Assembly: GCA_050230475.1 (NCBI GenBank)
Contig: JBFLGF010000088.1
Coordinates: forward strand, 1 to 62,292
DNA from: Ancylonema sp.
Taxonomy: Eukaryota
Length of the DNA: 62,292 bases
Reading direction: 5' to 3'
The position numbers and the translations under genes are program-made. Positions 38,102 to 51,274 of the stretch are shown piece by piece. Numbering within the stretch: position 1 is the stretch's first letter; every line of letters starts with the position of its first letter. The notes under the pieces are model-generated. The model was not told the DNA's origin and did no database searches. It worked only from the letters and a program-made list of their open reading frames with translations.

Positions 38102-39288
38102 AGGGGCAGGGTGGCAGAATGGAAATGTGGCAAAAGTGGAGCGGCAGCGGATGGAGAAATACTGAGAAAGAGGTTCCGAGGGGGAGGGAGATAAGTACAG
38201 GTGTGCGAGAGAGTGTGATAGAGTGGTAGGTGGAGTGGGAAGGTAGATGGTTTCTGAAGGGTGAGATAGAGGAGGGGGAAGAGTGTTTGACAATCGATGT
38301 TTGAAATTAAATTTTCAATTTAGGGGATTGTATATTTGCCGAGACTCATGTGCCCCTTCTGGGCCTCAGCGGACTTAGGCTTTCAAATAAGTCACGCGCG
38401 GATTTTTAGAATGTGGGCTAGCACTTGCATGTCTCATCGTAGCGTGCATGTTATTTGGCGCTGCAGCTTTCTGATTCCCACCCCTACATAACTAGGCATT
38501 GAATGAACGAAGTTATTTCTCTTGGTACCTATGAGTAGTGAAAAAGAACTTCAGACAGCAATGTACAGCAGTGTATGTCATTCGTGATAATGAGGCAGTA
38601 ATTTAATTAGATCCAGCATTGGCTGGTGCAACTTGGGAGGGTATGCGAGGCATTGTAGGTTGACACACAAATCTTTGTTAAGATTGTCAGACAAGGCTTA
38701 GGATGTAAATGAAATTTAAAGATTGATGTGTAACTTTCCGTGTCCTGGACTCCGACTCGACTCGAGATGTGGAGGATGTGTCTAGTTGGGAGTCAGTCCC
38801 ACCAGAGGAGCTATGAAATATGATCTACCAATCATAGCCATGCTGCTATCGACTTTTGCAAAGCCATTGGAACAGTGGAGGGGTACACCCTGAAAATGTA
38901 TCTACCACTTCTGAGATTCCCTCAACTTGTTGACATTAAAACAAAGAGGTAAACATGGTGGTGCAGGACAAATCCAACAGCCACAAATTGCAGCCGAAGG
39001 GGGGATGCGACAATAATGTTCTGTACACAGAATCATAACATTGCTGAATGCTTCTACATGGCAGTCATATCCCACCAAAAGTTTATTAAATGACACTACC
39101 CTTTACCTGCTTATTTACACTGCCACCAACATCATGGACACTTCTCTTCTTTATTCAATCCAGATACGGTCAGACAACTCTTTGAGATTCATATTTACAA
39201 TGATTTGTACACACCACCACAAGCACACAGAGCATACCAAAGAACCTGTGACTACTAAGTTCCGATGGTCATGGTTACTATTCTGTGG

Positions 39289-40444
39289 CTACTTGGCATT
39301 GTCTAAGTGTCCAAACTGAGCCTTCCATAATGGCGCTGCCTGGTCAGGACTGCGTGTCTCCCACATGTGGGGGGCCTTCTTTTCTTGATCTGCAAGTTTG
39401 GCCTGCAAAGATAATGCCGACATTCCTAATCAATCTACTGTGCCAGACCTATCACGTGCAATTTTCAATTGACATCCTACAGCAGCAACACACATCTTAT
39501 ATAACTCAGAAGCAGGTGCTTCTGAGTTTTTTTTTGCAGGCAAAAGGACCTGCAGGACTGAATTCAAAAGAGCCCGAAAATTTTCTGATATTTCAGCACA
39601 CTGTGCTGCTGCAGCTGCAGACATGATGTTTGGTGTCAAGCCGTAACATGTATCCAGTGAGGGACACATGAAGCAGATTGACGCCACAATGGATCAACCT
39701 AGTTTAGGCAGCCTTTAGCGCTCTGTCAGCCATGAATGAGACTGAAGAGTGACTCTAATGAGACTGCCGATAAAACGATCTCAGAAAGTCTTTCGTTCCA
39801 TTCACAACACGTTTCAGAGACCAGTGGAGTGATTCAATGTAGCCAAAGACTCACTTGAATACGAGGTCGAGCTGCAGTCCTGAGCAACATGCAGTCCGTC
39901 AATTGAGACCATTTCTCGATACAACTGTCGAATTCGCCTTCCCGGTAGTACTGGTGCATTTGGTAAAAAGGTGCTGCGAGTTTGACACGCCTGCTGAACC
40001 ATTACTCACATGACTTCCATGACAGTTTTTCGGCAAAAATACACAACATTATTATAAAAAGCTATGAGCAAAGTGACAGCATATCCACGCCATATCGAGC
40101 CGATTGGAGATTAATCGTTTTTCGCAAACGGATTTGTCATAAATACTAGACCGCATGTGTGTGCTTTCCATCTCGATCCTCAGCTGCACATTTCATCCTG
40201 ATATGCATGAGAATTCTGCGAGCCATAACTGATGTTTGCAGAATTGTTTATTATGTAAAATACACACTGCCCTTTGGTTCTGTAAAACTCCAATTAGCTG
40301 CCATCTTCGAAACAAGAGCGCTGTAGTTGCTGACTCACAGTAGCAAAACCAGAGAACGTCCACATGCTTCACACATGACTCCTTTTTAAGATCTACATCT
40401 GACTCTGGATTCAGGGAGTTGCCAGATGTGGACCCGCTGTTCAT
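39289..40444 (-). CDS. Small DUF3128/Emi1-like protein, 3 exons
   Basis: Spliced product MNSGS...SCVKHVDVLWFCYSPFYQMHQYYREGEFDSCIEKWSQLTDCM...KAPHMWETRSPDQAAPLWKAQFGHLDNAK* with canonical GT-AG junctions. Exons 2-3 are not in the ORF track in this frame. Confidence 0.85.
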
Positions 40445-41169
40445 TATTATGTTCTCGCAGCTGGGCAAACGAGATCGGAGTAGTCTCAGGGATTTTCCCT
40501 CCAATCATACATGATCACTGTCCCATATCTACGGCGAAGCGGGATTTGAATTCTACGCTTCTGCAATCTCAAACTAGCAGAAACATTTTTTTTTTGCGCG
40601 GGCGTTCATACACAAGTAAGACCCTGTTCGACGTCAAGTCGAGTGCAGTCTAAGGTTGCATCCTGCGTTGTATGGGCAACGTTCGGCATTGACTGATAAG
40701 CGGTTGCAAATCTACTGATAGTCAGGGACGCGCTACTTATCTAGGGAGTCATGAGCTTCTGCACATAGTTACGGCCCGGTCATACAAATCGGTCCCGTCA
40801 GATATTTGCGGCACGTCGCAGGTTTTGTTCACTAAGTTTTGCTCATTTTTGCACTAGCAAAAGTGAGTAAACAATCCAATCCAAACAATCCAATTAAAAG
40901 ACCAGTGATGATTGGCGAACACGGAAATATAGACCTGGTTGATTGGTTCATTACTGAACAGGAAGTGAGTATTGTCCATTTTAAATAATTGAACATCTGA
41001 ACAGCTAAAGTCAGTCGGAATATTTCTCGCTATATTTGGGGTTCAGTATCACAACTGATGTTAACCCATAATTCTCACCTGAGACCACACCATTTGCTCC
41101 CTCGTGACAGGGGGAAGTGGAAATTAGTAGTGTGAACCTGGTAGAGCTACGTTCCACTGCAGTACACTT

Positions 41170-42389
41170 TGAAGGAAGCCTTCCATCCGACTTCATTACT
41201 GCACGTGGGAGTGTGCGGGGAGGGTCTCGCAGACATGGCCTCGTTGCAGGCCATCCTCAGCCCGTCTGTCGCTTCTTGTGGTCCCACATCTTGTCTTCCT
41301 GCGTCCTCGGGAAATGGCTGTTCTAGCAGGTGTGCCTACATTCCCTTTGGCACTTCTCGTAATCAAGCCCTTGATCCCTGTGCTCGACTCCTTGCAAGTA
41401 ATAGAGTCTGCCGTATTGGCGATTCTCGTACCAAAATCAGCATCGGTAGTACAGAACTCGCGCACTACTCGCACATAGATGGACATATGTATAGATATCT
41501 AGCCGAGGTGTTGGTTCTGGAATGTGTTTTGACCGACCGCAAAAGTACATACATTTTCACGCATTTTTCAACTCAGTTTCAGTGTGCCGACATAGCATGA
41601 TGTGTGCCCATCAGGACAATGTGGCTTGCTTGAATCATATAACGGGTCTTTGACACGCTTCTCCTCCTGCACCTGACAGAGTGTCCATGAGCACTAGACC
41701 TCATGGCAGTGACTTCTGGGGCTCTGCCTTGGAATTGAGCAGCCCCTGTGCAAGGCCAGAGCAACTCTCTGCGGCNACACGTCTGAAGGAAGCCTTCCAT
41801 CCGACTTCATTACTGCACGTGGGAGTGTGCGGGGAGGGTCTCGCAGACATGGCCTCGTTGCAGGCCATCCTCAGCCCGTCTGTCGCTTCTTGTGGTCCCA
41901 CATCTTGTCTTCCTGCGTCCTCGGGAAATGGCTGTTCTAGCAGGTGTGCCTACATTCCCTTTGGCACTTCTCGTAATCAAGCCCTTGATCCCTGTGCTCG
42001 ACTCCTTGCAAGTAATAGAGTCTGCCGTATTGGCGATTCTCGTACCAAAATCAGCATCGGTAGTACAGAACTCGCGCACTACTCGCACATAGATGGACAT
42101 ATGTATAGATATCTAGCCGAGGTGTTGGTTCTGGAATGTGTTTTGACCGACCGCAAAAGTACATACATTTTCACGCATTTTTCAACTCAGTTTCAGTGTG
42201 CCGACATAGCATGATGTGTGCCCATCAGGACAATGTGGCTTGCTTGAATCATATAACGGGTCTTTGACACGCTTCTCCTCCTGCACCTGACAGAGTGTCC
42301 ATGAGCACTAGACCTCATGGCAGTGACTTCTGGGGCTCTGCCTTGGAATTGAGCAGCCCCTGTGCAAGGCCAGAGCAACTCTCTGCGGC
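41170..42389. repeat. 606-bp direct duplication across a single N (41170-41775 = 41784-42389)
   Basis: Apparently identical copies flanking the N at 41776; probably an unmerged contig overlap. Confidence 0.9.
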
Positions 42390-44767
42390 TGCGCTTCCTA
42401 AGGTGACTTTCACATGTTTTTTCCCACGGCAGAGTTTATTTCGGTCAATGTTGGGCTATGAAAGGACTCTGGCATGCACACGTGGCTGTACCCAAAACCC
42501 TCCATTGTATACCCTCAACTGTACCAAGACATGGTATTGCTGATCCTGTTGTCCAGCTGTCATGTTGATCACCAGTGGGCGTCTAGAATGCAAGTCACTT
42601 GGTTTTAATGAAATCGAATGCAGCAAACGATGTGTGTGAGCGGCAATTTGTAGGTTGAGGCTGCTATCAGCAAGGAGAAGAAGAATTTAACAGTAGAGCG
42701 AGCAAGGAAGGAGCTGGAAGATTGCTACTGCATCGCTGCCATTAATTACAAGCGGTTGACAGTAAGTCGACATACTCTCACTCAGTACCTGAAACTGACC
42801 CCCATTGAAACAACTTTCATGGCGTCCGAAAGGTGACTTGGTCGCCAATTTCCGAGGCACTTGTACCATAGGAATTGGTGGCCAGCACGCGGTGTCAATA
42901 AGAAACTGCAGTCTTCGGGATAAGAGGGAGGTCGATCATGTGAAGGCATCAGCAAGCAAGGTGTCTTTTGCCTTGAAGTGTGTCACAGGGTTTCGCCAGA
43001 ATTGGAAGAGATTTCGGAGTGGAGAGTCTGGTGTTAACAGTAATGTCCATTTGTTTTAAAAACCGGAGCATCGGCACGTGCATCAGGATACGTTTGACAT
43101 ATCTAGCTTTGGAAATCAGCCGCTGTGCTGCCTCGACCGGCACCTGGGAGTTGTGAGCGGGTGTCATTCTTCTCACACTATCCTTGGGTCTTATGCTGTC
43201 AGCATACCTCGGCTTTACGGTCCAGAGGCATTTAGAGTGTCCTTCCGCACAACACATGACGCACAAAACCACACTGAGATCCATTCGGAGATCCATTCTG
43301 AGGTTCACATCTGCACCGGGAACTACATGTAGCAGCATCTGTATGCACAGATTCACGTCTCTTCACTCCCTTTCTGCACACCTTCAGGTGAAGCAGTTCC
43401 AAACCCTGCGAAGGAGCTTGCCTGAATCCACCACTCTTTTGGTCTGCAAAAATTCACTGTTGGGAAAGGCCATAGAGGGCACGAAGTTCGAGGCTCTGAC
43501 GCCGGCCATGACAGGGATGAACGCCTACCTCTTCATCCACACTGAGGAAGTGCCAGCTGCTCTCAAACCCTACAGGTCAGCTCCAGGGACTTTTCTCAAA
43601 GTCAGTCATTGGTTTGTCAAGGTTCCAACCCCTGCAGGTCAGTCGAGAGGGCCGTTGTGTGTGACAACTCAACTACAAGAGGTCAATTAGTCATACAGAC
43701 ATATTCAGACTACCATTCAAACAAGTCTAGCTGTGAGGTTGGAGTCAATGTGCATGAGATATAAACGAGAGGAGAACTGGTGGTTGAGAGGGTCCATCTG
43801 TGAGCTGTGTCAGAAAGAAAGATAGAAGAATTGGTTGGGAAGGTGCTGATGTGGAGGTGGTGGTCTGTGTGATGGTCTTTGAAGGAGAGGCTGGTGGTGG
43901 ACTGTAGAGTCTTGCGTCCCAACTACTGTCAGCAGACAGCTATGCCCAGTCACACATGGCCACTGGAGCTGGCACTTAGAAATTATTCGTGTGTATCAGT
44001 GTGGGAGACTGATAGGACCACCGTCGACAGTAGTGAGAGAGTGGCCACCCTGTGAAGTCAAGCGAAAATTCTGAAGAATGGAATCTGTTCTGGAGTGCAC
44101 TGTCAGCGCTGTGTTTAGATGAAGGCATAAGCGTGGGAGAGTGATGGTTGTTTGGCGTGTGTATCATCGTGCTATATCACAGATTCACCCGACAACCTGC
44201 GCGGGTGCACATGTTCACTCCATTCTAATACACACGGGAGTGTCAATATTTGAGAACAGGAGTGAAGTGTGGAGGATGTGTCAACTCTTTTGCTGAACCC
44301 CAGGGTTTGGTATGTTTGTTTGACAGGGAGTTGCAGAAGGAGCTGAAGCTAGAAGAGAATGACTTCAGAGGAGCAGTGTTTGAGGGCAAGTTTTACGCCC
44401 CGGACGACTTCAAGGCACTAGAAACAATGCCAACCAGACTCGAAATTTACGCCAAGTTGTTAGGGACGCTCAAGGGGCCCTCATCCCAAATGGTGGGAGT
44501 GTTGCAGGTGAGTGAAAGGATAGGGTGGAGAAGGGGGCGATAATCGGGCGGCGTGCTATGAGATAGACGATGAATAGAATTCTTCTATTGTCAAAGGGAG
44601 TGGGCTGTTGTGACAGGCGGACACTGGGAGAAGACTGAATCATGATCAAAGCATGACTGGTTGCGTTTGTTGGTGGACACATGCAGGCTCCTGCGCGGGA
44701 CTTTGTGTTCACGTTGAAGGCTTTTGTGGCGAAGTTAGAGGAGCAACAAGGCGCTCCCCCTTCTTAG
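41849..44767 (+). CDS. RPL10: Plastid 50S ribosomal protein uL10
   Basis: Ser-rich transit peptide MASLQAILSPS, then AISKEKKNLTV, VKQFQTLRRSLPESTTLLVCKNSLLGKAIEGT, GAVFEGKFY...LETMPTRLEIYAKLLGTL, APARDFVFTLKA. Confidence 0.93.
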
Positions 44768-45354
44768 TATTATATGACATCATTTTTCATTTATGTCGGC
44801 GCCACTTCTTTGCAGAGTGCACCCAAGCATGCGGCTAGTGTTGATGTGGTGGGTTGACGAGACTGTGTGTGTGCCTTCAGCATTCCTACGTGGACTAAGG
44901 TCGAAGTATGACTCTGTGGTATGAAAACTTTATGGTTTCTATTTTCTGAGTCATAGGGTGTAGCCAAGGTTATTGAGCCAAGTGTATGACGTCTCTAGTA
45001 CGATGCGCTAGTTGCTTAATGATTCATTCCGATTGATGAGAATTTATTGACTCATGGGGATTAGTTAGAAAACGCAATGCAACGATGTGCAACACCGTGC
45101 AGGCTGTATGCTTGTTGTGGTTATTTGTGTGGATGATGAGTGGAGAGGATATGCATCAAACTTGGTGATTAACATCGTTCGCATGATGCAAATGCAAACC
45201 AAGTACAACCAAATTTCGGAGGAGTGCGCATTTCGGACAATGTGTGTTACCGTGTGATTAGCACCTCCTGTCTGTGAGCGAGTTATGCTCATGGATGAAT
45301 CCCATGTGTGGTAGTGAATCCACATGCGGATTTTATATATTGCACTAAAAAATT

Positions 45355-45550
45355 GTAATACTATAATACAATGATACTATAATACTATAATACTATAACA
45401 TTGTAGTAGCAGAATACTATAACACTGTGAAACAATAATACTATAACACTAATACTAGAATACTAGAATACTAGAATACTAGAATACTAGAATACTAGAA
45501 TACCAGAATACTAGAATACTAGAATACTAGAATACTAGAATACTGTAATA
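45355..45550. repeat. 8-bp tandem repeat (AATACTAG)n grading into AATACTAT variants
   Basis: About 11 near-perfect AATACTAG units from 45451, with degenerate units upstream. Confidence 0.92.
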
Positions 45551-45935
45551 TTGTGTAACTGTAATGCTACACAAAGCATGTATTGTACACCCCTGATCAC
45601 TACTATCGACCTAGGAAATGGCCAAACCTCCAAATTCTCACAATTTATAAGAGAATGTTATTGATGAACATCCCGATGTCATAATTGCATATGTAAACAC
45701 TAGCATATCAATATCAAAATAGCCGCTTGAGGAACACCTTCATTGAGCTTTTCTGTTTGACGAAAGAGAGATATATGCAATTAAGGCACAAAACCCACTC
45801 ACGTCTCTTGTCCTCAAAGACTTTCCAACTCACTATTAAAGATAAATATTTGCAAGAGTAAGTCTTCTTCGAATGTTATAATTTTGAGCAACAATTGAAA
45901 CGATAATTCTCCATCGTCCCATGAGTTCAATTTTG

Positions 45936-47427
45936 ACTTCGGATATATGCTGAGTCCAAACTGTGCAAATAAGGTGCAACTCTCTCACACCAATTTGCCA
46001 ATTCACACGCAAGAGCTCGTATGCACCATAGGAGACTATAGCCGTTGCGAGGGTTTGCTGATAAGTTGACGTGGAGGAATAAGCACTGATGAATGAGATT
46101 GTGTTGGTGATAGAGGAAGAAGTTCGGAGCTGATTGTATTGGGTGCCCCATTGATGAGCTGAGGGTTTGTAATGCCGGGATGTCTAATAAACTTATCTTA
46201 TCCACAAAAATGAATTTCAAGTTTGAAAAATCTACGCCGAAAACTTTTTTTTTGGGTTTTTTTTCGGGGGGGAGACATCACTAACCCAGATGAAACCGTG
46301 ACGACGGTTTATAGCCTTTAGGGTAAAATTAGGGTTATTCCGCTACCTTGGACATCGTTTACAGCAAGCAGCTTTTCTAGAGCATTCCTTAGAGCATTGT
46401 TTAGGCCATCGCACAAGACGCAAATTTCGTGACAGGTTAACCTGACCATTCGGGCAGTGAATTCGGCGCTTATACCAGGTGCTTCTTGTGTGTGTGAAAT
46501 TTGAACGCACGTAAATTAGGCCATGTTATAAAAAGCAATTTGCCGGAGATGTCGGGCAACTGCCTTGCCCTGTACTGACACACAATGCACTGCAGCGCGC
46601 ACGCAGAATTGCCTACGACGGTCGTCTGCACCGCGAAGCGTAAAGCTTATTCCTGAATAGATGCTGCGCACCTGCTGCGCAATTGCTGCGCACTTAGATA
46701 CTACACCTTTCCGAGAAATCTGCAATGGCGATTCGTGGCGATTCATGGCTGTCTGGTCAGAGGTGACTAGCGATGCAAACCGGCGTGAGAGACGTCGCAC
46801 GGCAATTGGGACATGGAAAGTTCGGACATGGAAAGTTCCGGAGGAGGCGGTTGTGAATCAGTGGAGGTAAGATCTGATCGTTTAGGGAAAGATCTAGTGT
46901 AGTGGTGCATAAAGCATCTACCGCGAGGTTCGATTCCTCCACTGGCTAAAAAATATCGAAGGTCCATATGTGGGTTTTTTTGNACTTCGGATATATGCTG
47001 AGTCCAAACTGTGCAAATAAGGTGCAACTCTCTCACACCAATTTGCCAATTCACACGCAAGAGCTCGTATGCACCATAGGAGACTATAGCCGTTGCGAGG
47101 GTTTGCTGATAAGTTGACGTGGAGGAATAAGCACTGATGAATGAGATTGTGTTGGTGATAGAGGAAGAAGTTCGGAGCTGATTGTATTGGGTGCCCCATT
47201 GATGAGCTGAGGGTTTGTAATGCCGGGATGTCTAATAAACTTATCTTATCCACAAAAATGAATTTCAAGTTTGAAAAATCTACGCCGAAAACTTTTTTTT
47301 TGGGTTTTTTTTCGGGGGGGAGACATCACTAACCCAGATGAAACCGTGACGACGGTTTATAGCCTTTAGGGTAAAATTAGGGTTATTCCGCTACCTTGGA
47401 CATCGTTTACAGCAAGCAGCTTTTCTA
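45936..47427. repeat. 444-bp direct duplication (45936-46379 = 46984-47427) next to the N at 46983
   Basis: Apparently identical copies; the second starts immediately after the N. Confidence 0.9.
46890..46948 (+). pseudogene. tRNA-like fragment / SINE head
   Basis: A-box TAGTGTAGTGG (46895-46905) and B-box GGTTCGATTCC (46927-46937) with a GAGG/CCTC T-stem. The spacing is too short and there is no acceptor stem. Confidence 0.5.
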
Positions 47428-47563
47428 CCAGAGCTTGTGCTGAGTGTAACTTGGTTTACGTGTCCAGTCTGTTTCCCTTGATCCACTCCAGCAGTACGCA
47501 GGTGATGCGGATATGATTGGGCGTGCCAGTCTATTTCTTCCCTGGCCACTTCCTTGCTATGTA

Positions 47564-49951
47564 ATGGCGAGAATTGCAGCTTGTCCTCGTGTCATCCGTA
47601 TGGAAATCACGAATGTTTTACCAGGAAAATCGATTTGCACTGGGCGTGGCTCAGTCAGCCTTTCTCGATTCGCTAGTTCCAGTCCTCGTCCATATCAACC
47701 ACCGGGATGTCACCTCTCCCCGACATCAATGTGCCCCTCATATACTCACTCAGAATGTGCTGGATGGCCCTTTCACCTCATAGATACTCATCTTGGCAGG
47801 GTAAAATTTCGGAACATAAACACTGCGGAGAGTTTGCTTTCTCTTTGTAGGTCATTCTCCCCTCATAGGACAATTAGAAACAGGAGTGGTGGCTTTGTCA
47901 TACGAGCTCTGAGTAGTGATGCAGAGAGCACATCGAAGCTTCCTGCCAGGCTGGCTCAGAAGCAGGAAATGCTCGATGCAAGAACAGAGGAGTTCACCGT
48001 AGAAGATGAGGGTCCTGTTCCCAGAATAGGAGAAGGTAACAACTGAGTGAACCTGGGAACAGTTCGTTCTACATACAGTAATGCAGTATCCTGTGGTGAA
48101 TGCTACTGACCTTCCCTGATTTTCTGGCCTGGGTGCAATAGCTACGGATGATGCACGGACACTTATCGGGATCGGAATTGAATCTCTCTACTCTGCATAA
48201 TTTCGACTGCTAATCTGCCAGCAAGAGAAGGAACAAACCTCATGACCATCCTCGAAAACTCTTCATCTCTGCAGAGCATGTGAAAGTGAGTTTTGCCCGC
48301 AGTGGCGGTCCTGGTGGGCAAAATGTCAACAAAGGTCCGTCTCATTCACCAGCTGGCTACAAAACCGCTGCGCAAAGTGGAATGAAACTCATTGTTAAAC
48401 ACTTGCTCACATTGCCACGTTCCTGAAGGCTGTGCTTGGATGAAATGGAAGCAGGTAGGGCATTTCGAATTGGAGCTGCTTGTCTTTGTCCGATGTCTTG
48501 TAGGGAGAAGATTCAGAGTCTTCTGCATCTCCTTGTTGGTTGGTCGGTCGGTTGGTCGGTCGGTTGTTTGGTTGATTGGTGGTGTCCGGTGCTGTCTGCA
48601 GTAAATACGAAGGTGGATATGCGATTTAACGTTATTGATGCTGAGTGGCTGTCTGAAAGAATACGGCTCAAGCTTCTGGACACAGTGAGTGTGCACATTG
48701 ATGCGCACAAAACGGCCGCAAGATAAAACAGGATGCGACTGTGTCCTGCGTTGATATATTTTGCAGCATGTCTGTGATTTTGAGAATTTGTGGTGAGATG
48801 ACGCCTCTGCTAGCACCAGGCCCTCAGTTTGACTCTGTACAGCGTGTGCCTGTGTTGACACAGGAGAAGAATAGGATAAATGGTGACGGAGAATTAGTGG
48901 TCTCCTCGACGCGCACGCGTACACAGAAGTGAGTGGTCGTGCAGACCATAACACAACCCTCGTGTCTGGCTGCTAAAACGTGGGGCAGCTGCCTGAGAGC
49001 TTGGACCGCACGAGCTGCCACGTGCACAAGCAGAGGCTTTGTGATAACCACAGCTACCACAGCAGAGGCTGTGTGAATCCAGTAGAACGCACAGTTATAC
49101 CAGTTGAACCGGAATCTAACATTGTTAGACACTGAAATTTGAATAGCCATGCGTGTCATGCTTCAACCGTAAACGTGTGAAGAAATATGTGGGTGATGCA
49201 GGGGCAACTTGGAGGATGCCCTTCAAAAGATTCAGGTCAGATGTCAGTGTCTCACCAACGGTCCAAGTCTCAGATTGCATCGCAAACTCGGAATCTGGAG
49301 GTTCACATGTGAAAGCGTCGTAAATCACTGTCCTAATAACCGCGTACAACGAGAGTTTTGGTGTACAGAAGTTGTTGATCGCTAGCTTCCAGAATCGATG
49401 GCTTCCCGGGAGACCATGGGCTTAAGCGTGGCATGTCATTGTCTAGGTGCATCAGATCTGGTTTGTTGATGAAGCCACGCTCACCATTTTGTTCATCTGG
49501 ACCCGTCTTTATCTGCGAATGGGGGATGCTTTGTTTGTGTCCTATTCGTGCAGGCCATGATAGATGCAGCGGCGTACACACCACCACCACCGTCAGTGGA
49601 GAAAATAAAGAGGATCGAGAAGCTGTAAGCGACGCAATTCATGACTTGGGTGGCTTATCGGAGAGGCGAAGACTATTATAGATGATATTTGCAACTGCCA
49701 CCATGGTTGACAACAAGGCAGACACGGATTTGCCATGATGAGGTTTCTAGTTCGTCTGAGGGCCAATACTTGCAGAGAGGGCGAGGTAGGAAAGGTAAAG
49801 AGGTGCCTCGCACCTCATCACTTGACCGATGACTGTGTTTTTCTATGTGCTGCTTTGCAGGGCGAAGAAGGAGAATTTGAGGAGGCTAGATAATAAAAAG
49901 AAAATGTCAAATAAGAAGGCGGATCGAAGGAGTAAGGGCAGTTGGGAGTAG
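47564..49951 (+). CDS. ICT1: Organellar peptidyl-tRNA hydrolase ICT1/ArfB (ribosome rescue factor)
   Basis: HVKVSFARSGGPGGQNVNK-VNTKVDMRF, EKNRINGDGELVVSSTRTRTQK-GNLEDAL, basic tail RRLDNKKKMSNKKADRR, and a long N-terminal targeting-like peptide. An alternative ATG lies at 47513. Confidence 0.93.
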
Positions 49952-51274
49952 CTGAGAGGTTGTGGTGGAGCAACTTCCACTCCGTGCTCATTGGAGTGTG
50001 ACCCTCGGTGTGATCGGGTAGCGTTTTGCGGTAAAATTTGTACATTATGAATCCACGTATTAGTGCGTACGTTTTGGCATTGGGATGCAGATCATTGTTT
50101 TCTTTTGTCTTCTCACCCATCGTGCTGACCACTACCGGCATACTCGTGGTTTTGTACTGTCCTGAGATTTGCCTCTTTTATGTATATGAATAGGTTGCCT
50201 TTGCTCGGCTGTTAAGCACATGGAGGAGGATGTGTTCTCAGTGCGAACAGCTTTGCTCGTTAAATTACTACCGTGTCGCTCCTTGCCCACCTCGTCTTGG
50301 TTGCGCAATGTGGTGACTGCTATTCCACCTTGGTTGAGGATGTGCAAATCGTACTTCAATTTTGTGAAAGCGTTATCATACATCATTGCAGGACTTCAGG
50401 TGCAACTATTGTATGAAAGTACTGAAACCTTCAATTTCATGATTGAAGGGGAGATCAATGCACATACATTTAAAATTGTACGGTATGGCAAGATTTCGGG
50501 CGTAACAATCGTATGAAGGTACCACAACCTTCAGTTTTATGATCAAAGAATAGGAAGAGGCAATCAATGCACATCAGTTCAACATTTTAAACGTGATCAA
50601 AGCACCCAAGACGAAGGAAGAGATGTGGAGAATGCTGCATTAAACAAGCGATATAATTGTACCCGAAATTGGGGAGAGACGTATTCCCCTTGTACATGCG
50701 GCATGCGAACCATACATTCGGCAGAATTTTGGCACACATTGTTGCGTGTCTACATATTATTTCCTCCCTATTACTCCCTCCGAACAGGTGAAATATTTGA
50801 CCTAAATATTTTATGAGTTATGTCAACAAATTTTGTCAAGCCACGATGGCCACCATCGGTGCCAAACGCGATTTGAAGGTGTCTTCATGGACTTTGTGGA
50901 CCCACGGCTGCCAGAAGTGAGAAATGACGGTTTAGGTCCTCAACAATCAGAATGTCAGCCCTGCCTAGACTTTTCCAGGAAGTATGGTATGCATGAGTCT
51001 AAAACATAATTGTTAGAGTTGCTTCTGAATGCAGCCTCTATTGATGATACAACACCCCTCAATGGTATAAATAATACCAGGCGTGTTCTATTCGCTGAGA
51101 ACCCCGAAAGAATACAATACAAATACCAATACAAAGTCATCTCTTAACGCGCCTCAAGTCTCTGGATGGAGTGTAATGTCATTGATGGGAGAAGGTGGTC
51201 TCACACGTTCATTCTTGTGATTGCAACCTACATATGTACATTGGAAATACTTGAAGAAATACATGTGCTATATA

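Noticed and set aside
41170..42389. Apparent tandem duplication of the uL10 first exons (alternative transit peptides)
   Set aside because: The copies look identical and meet at a single N, the usual sign of an unmerged scaffold overlap.
45355..45550. Possible CRISPR-like array
   Set aside because: Contiguous 8-bp units with no unique spacers, no cas genes and a eukaryotic context.
46890..46948. Functional tRNA gene
   Set aside because: Only 21 nt separate the A and B boxes, with no anticodon arm or acceptor-stem pairing.
50400..50600. Degenerate approximately 100-bp direct repeat (AACCTTCA...ATCAATGCACAT)
   Set aside because: Only two diverged intergenic copies with no further structure.
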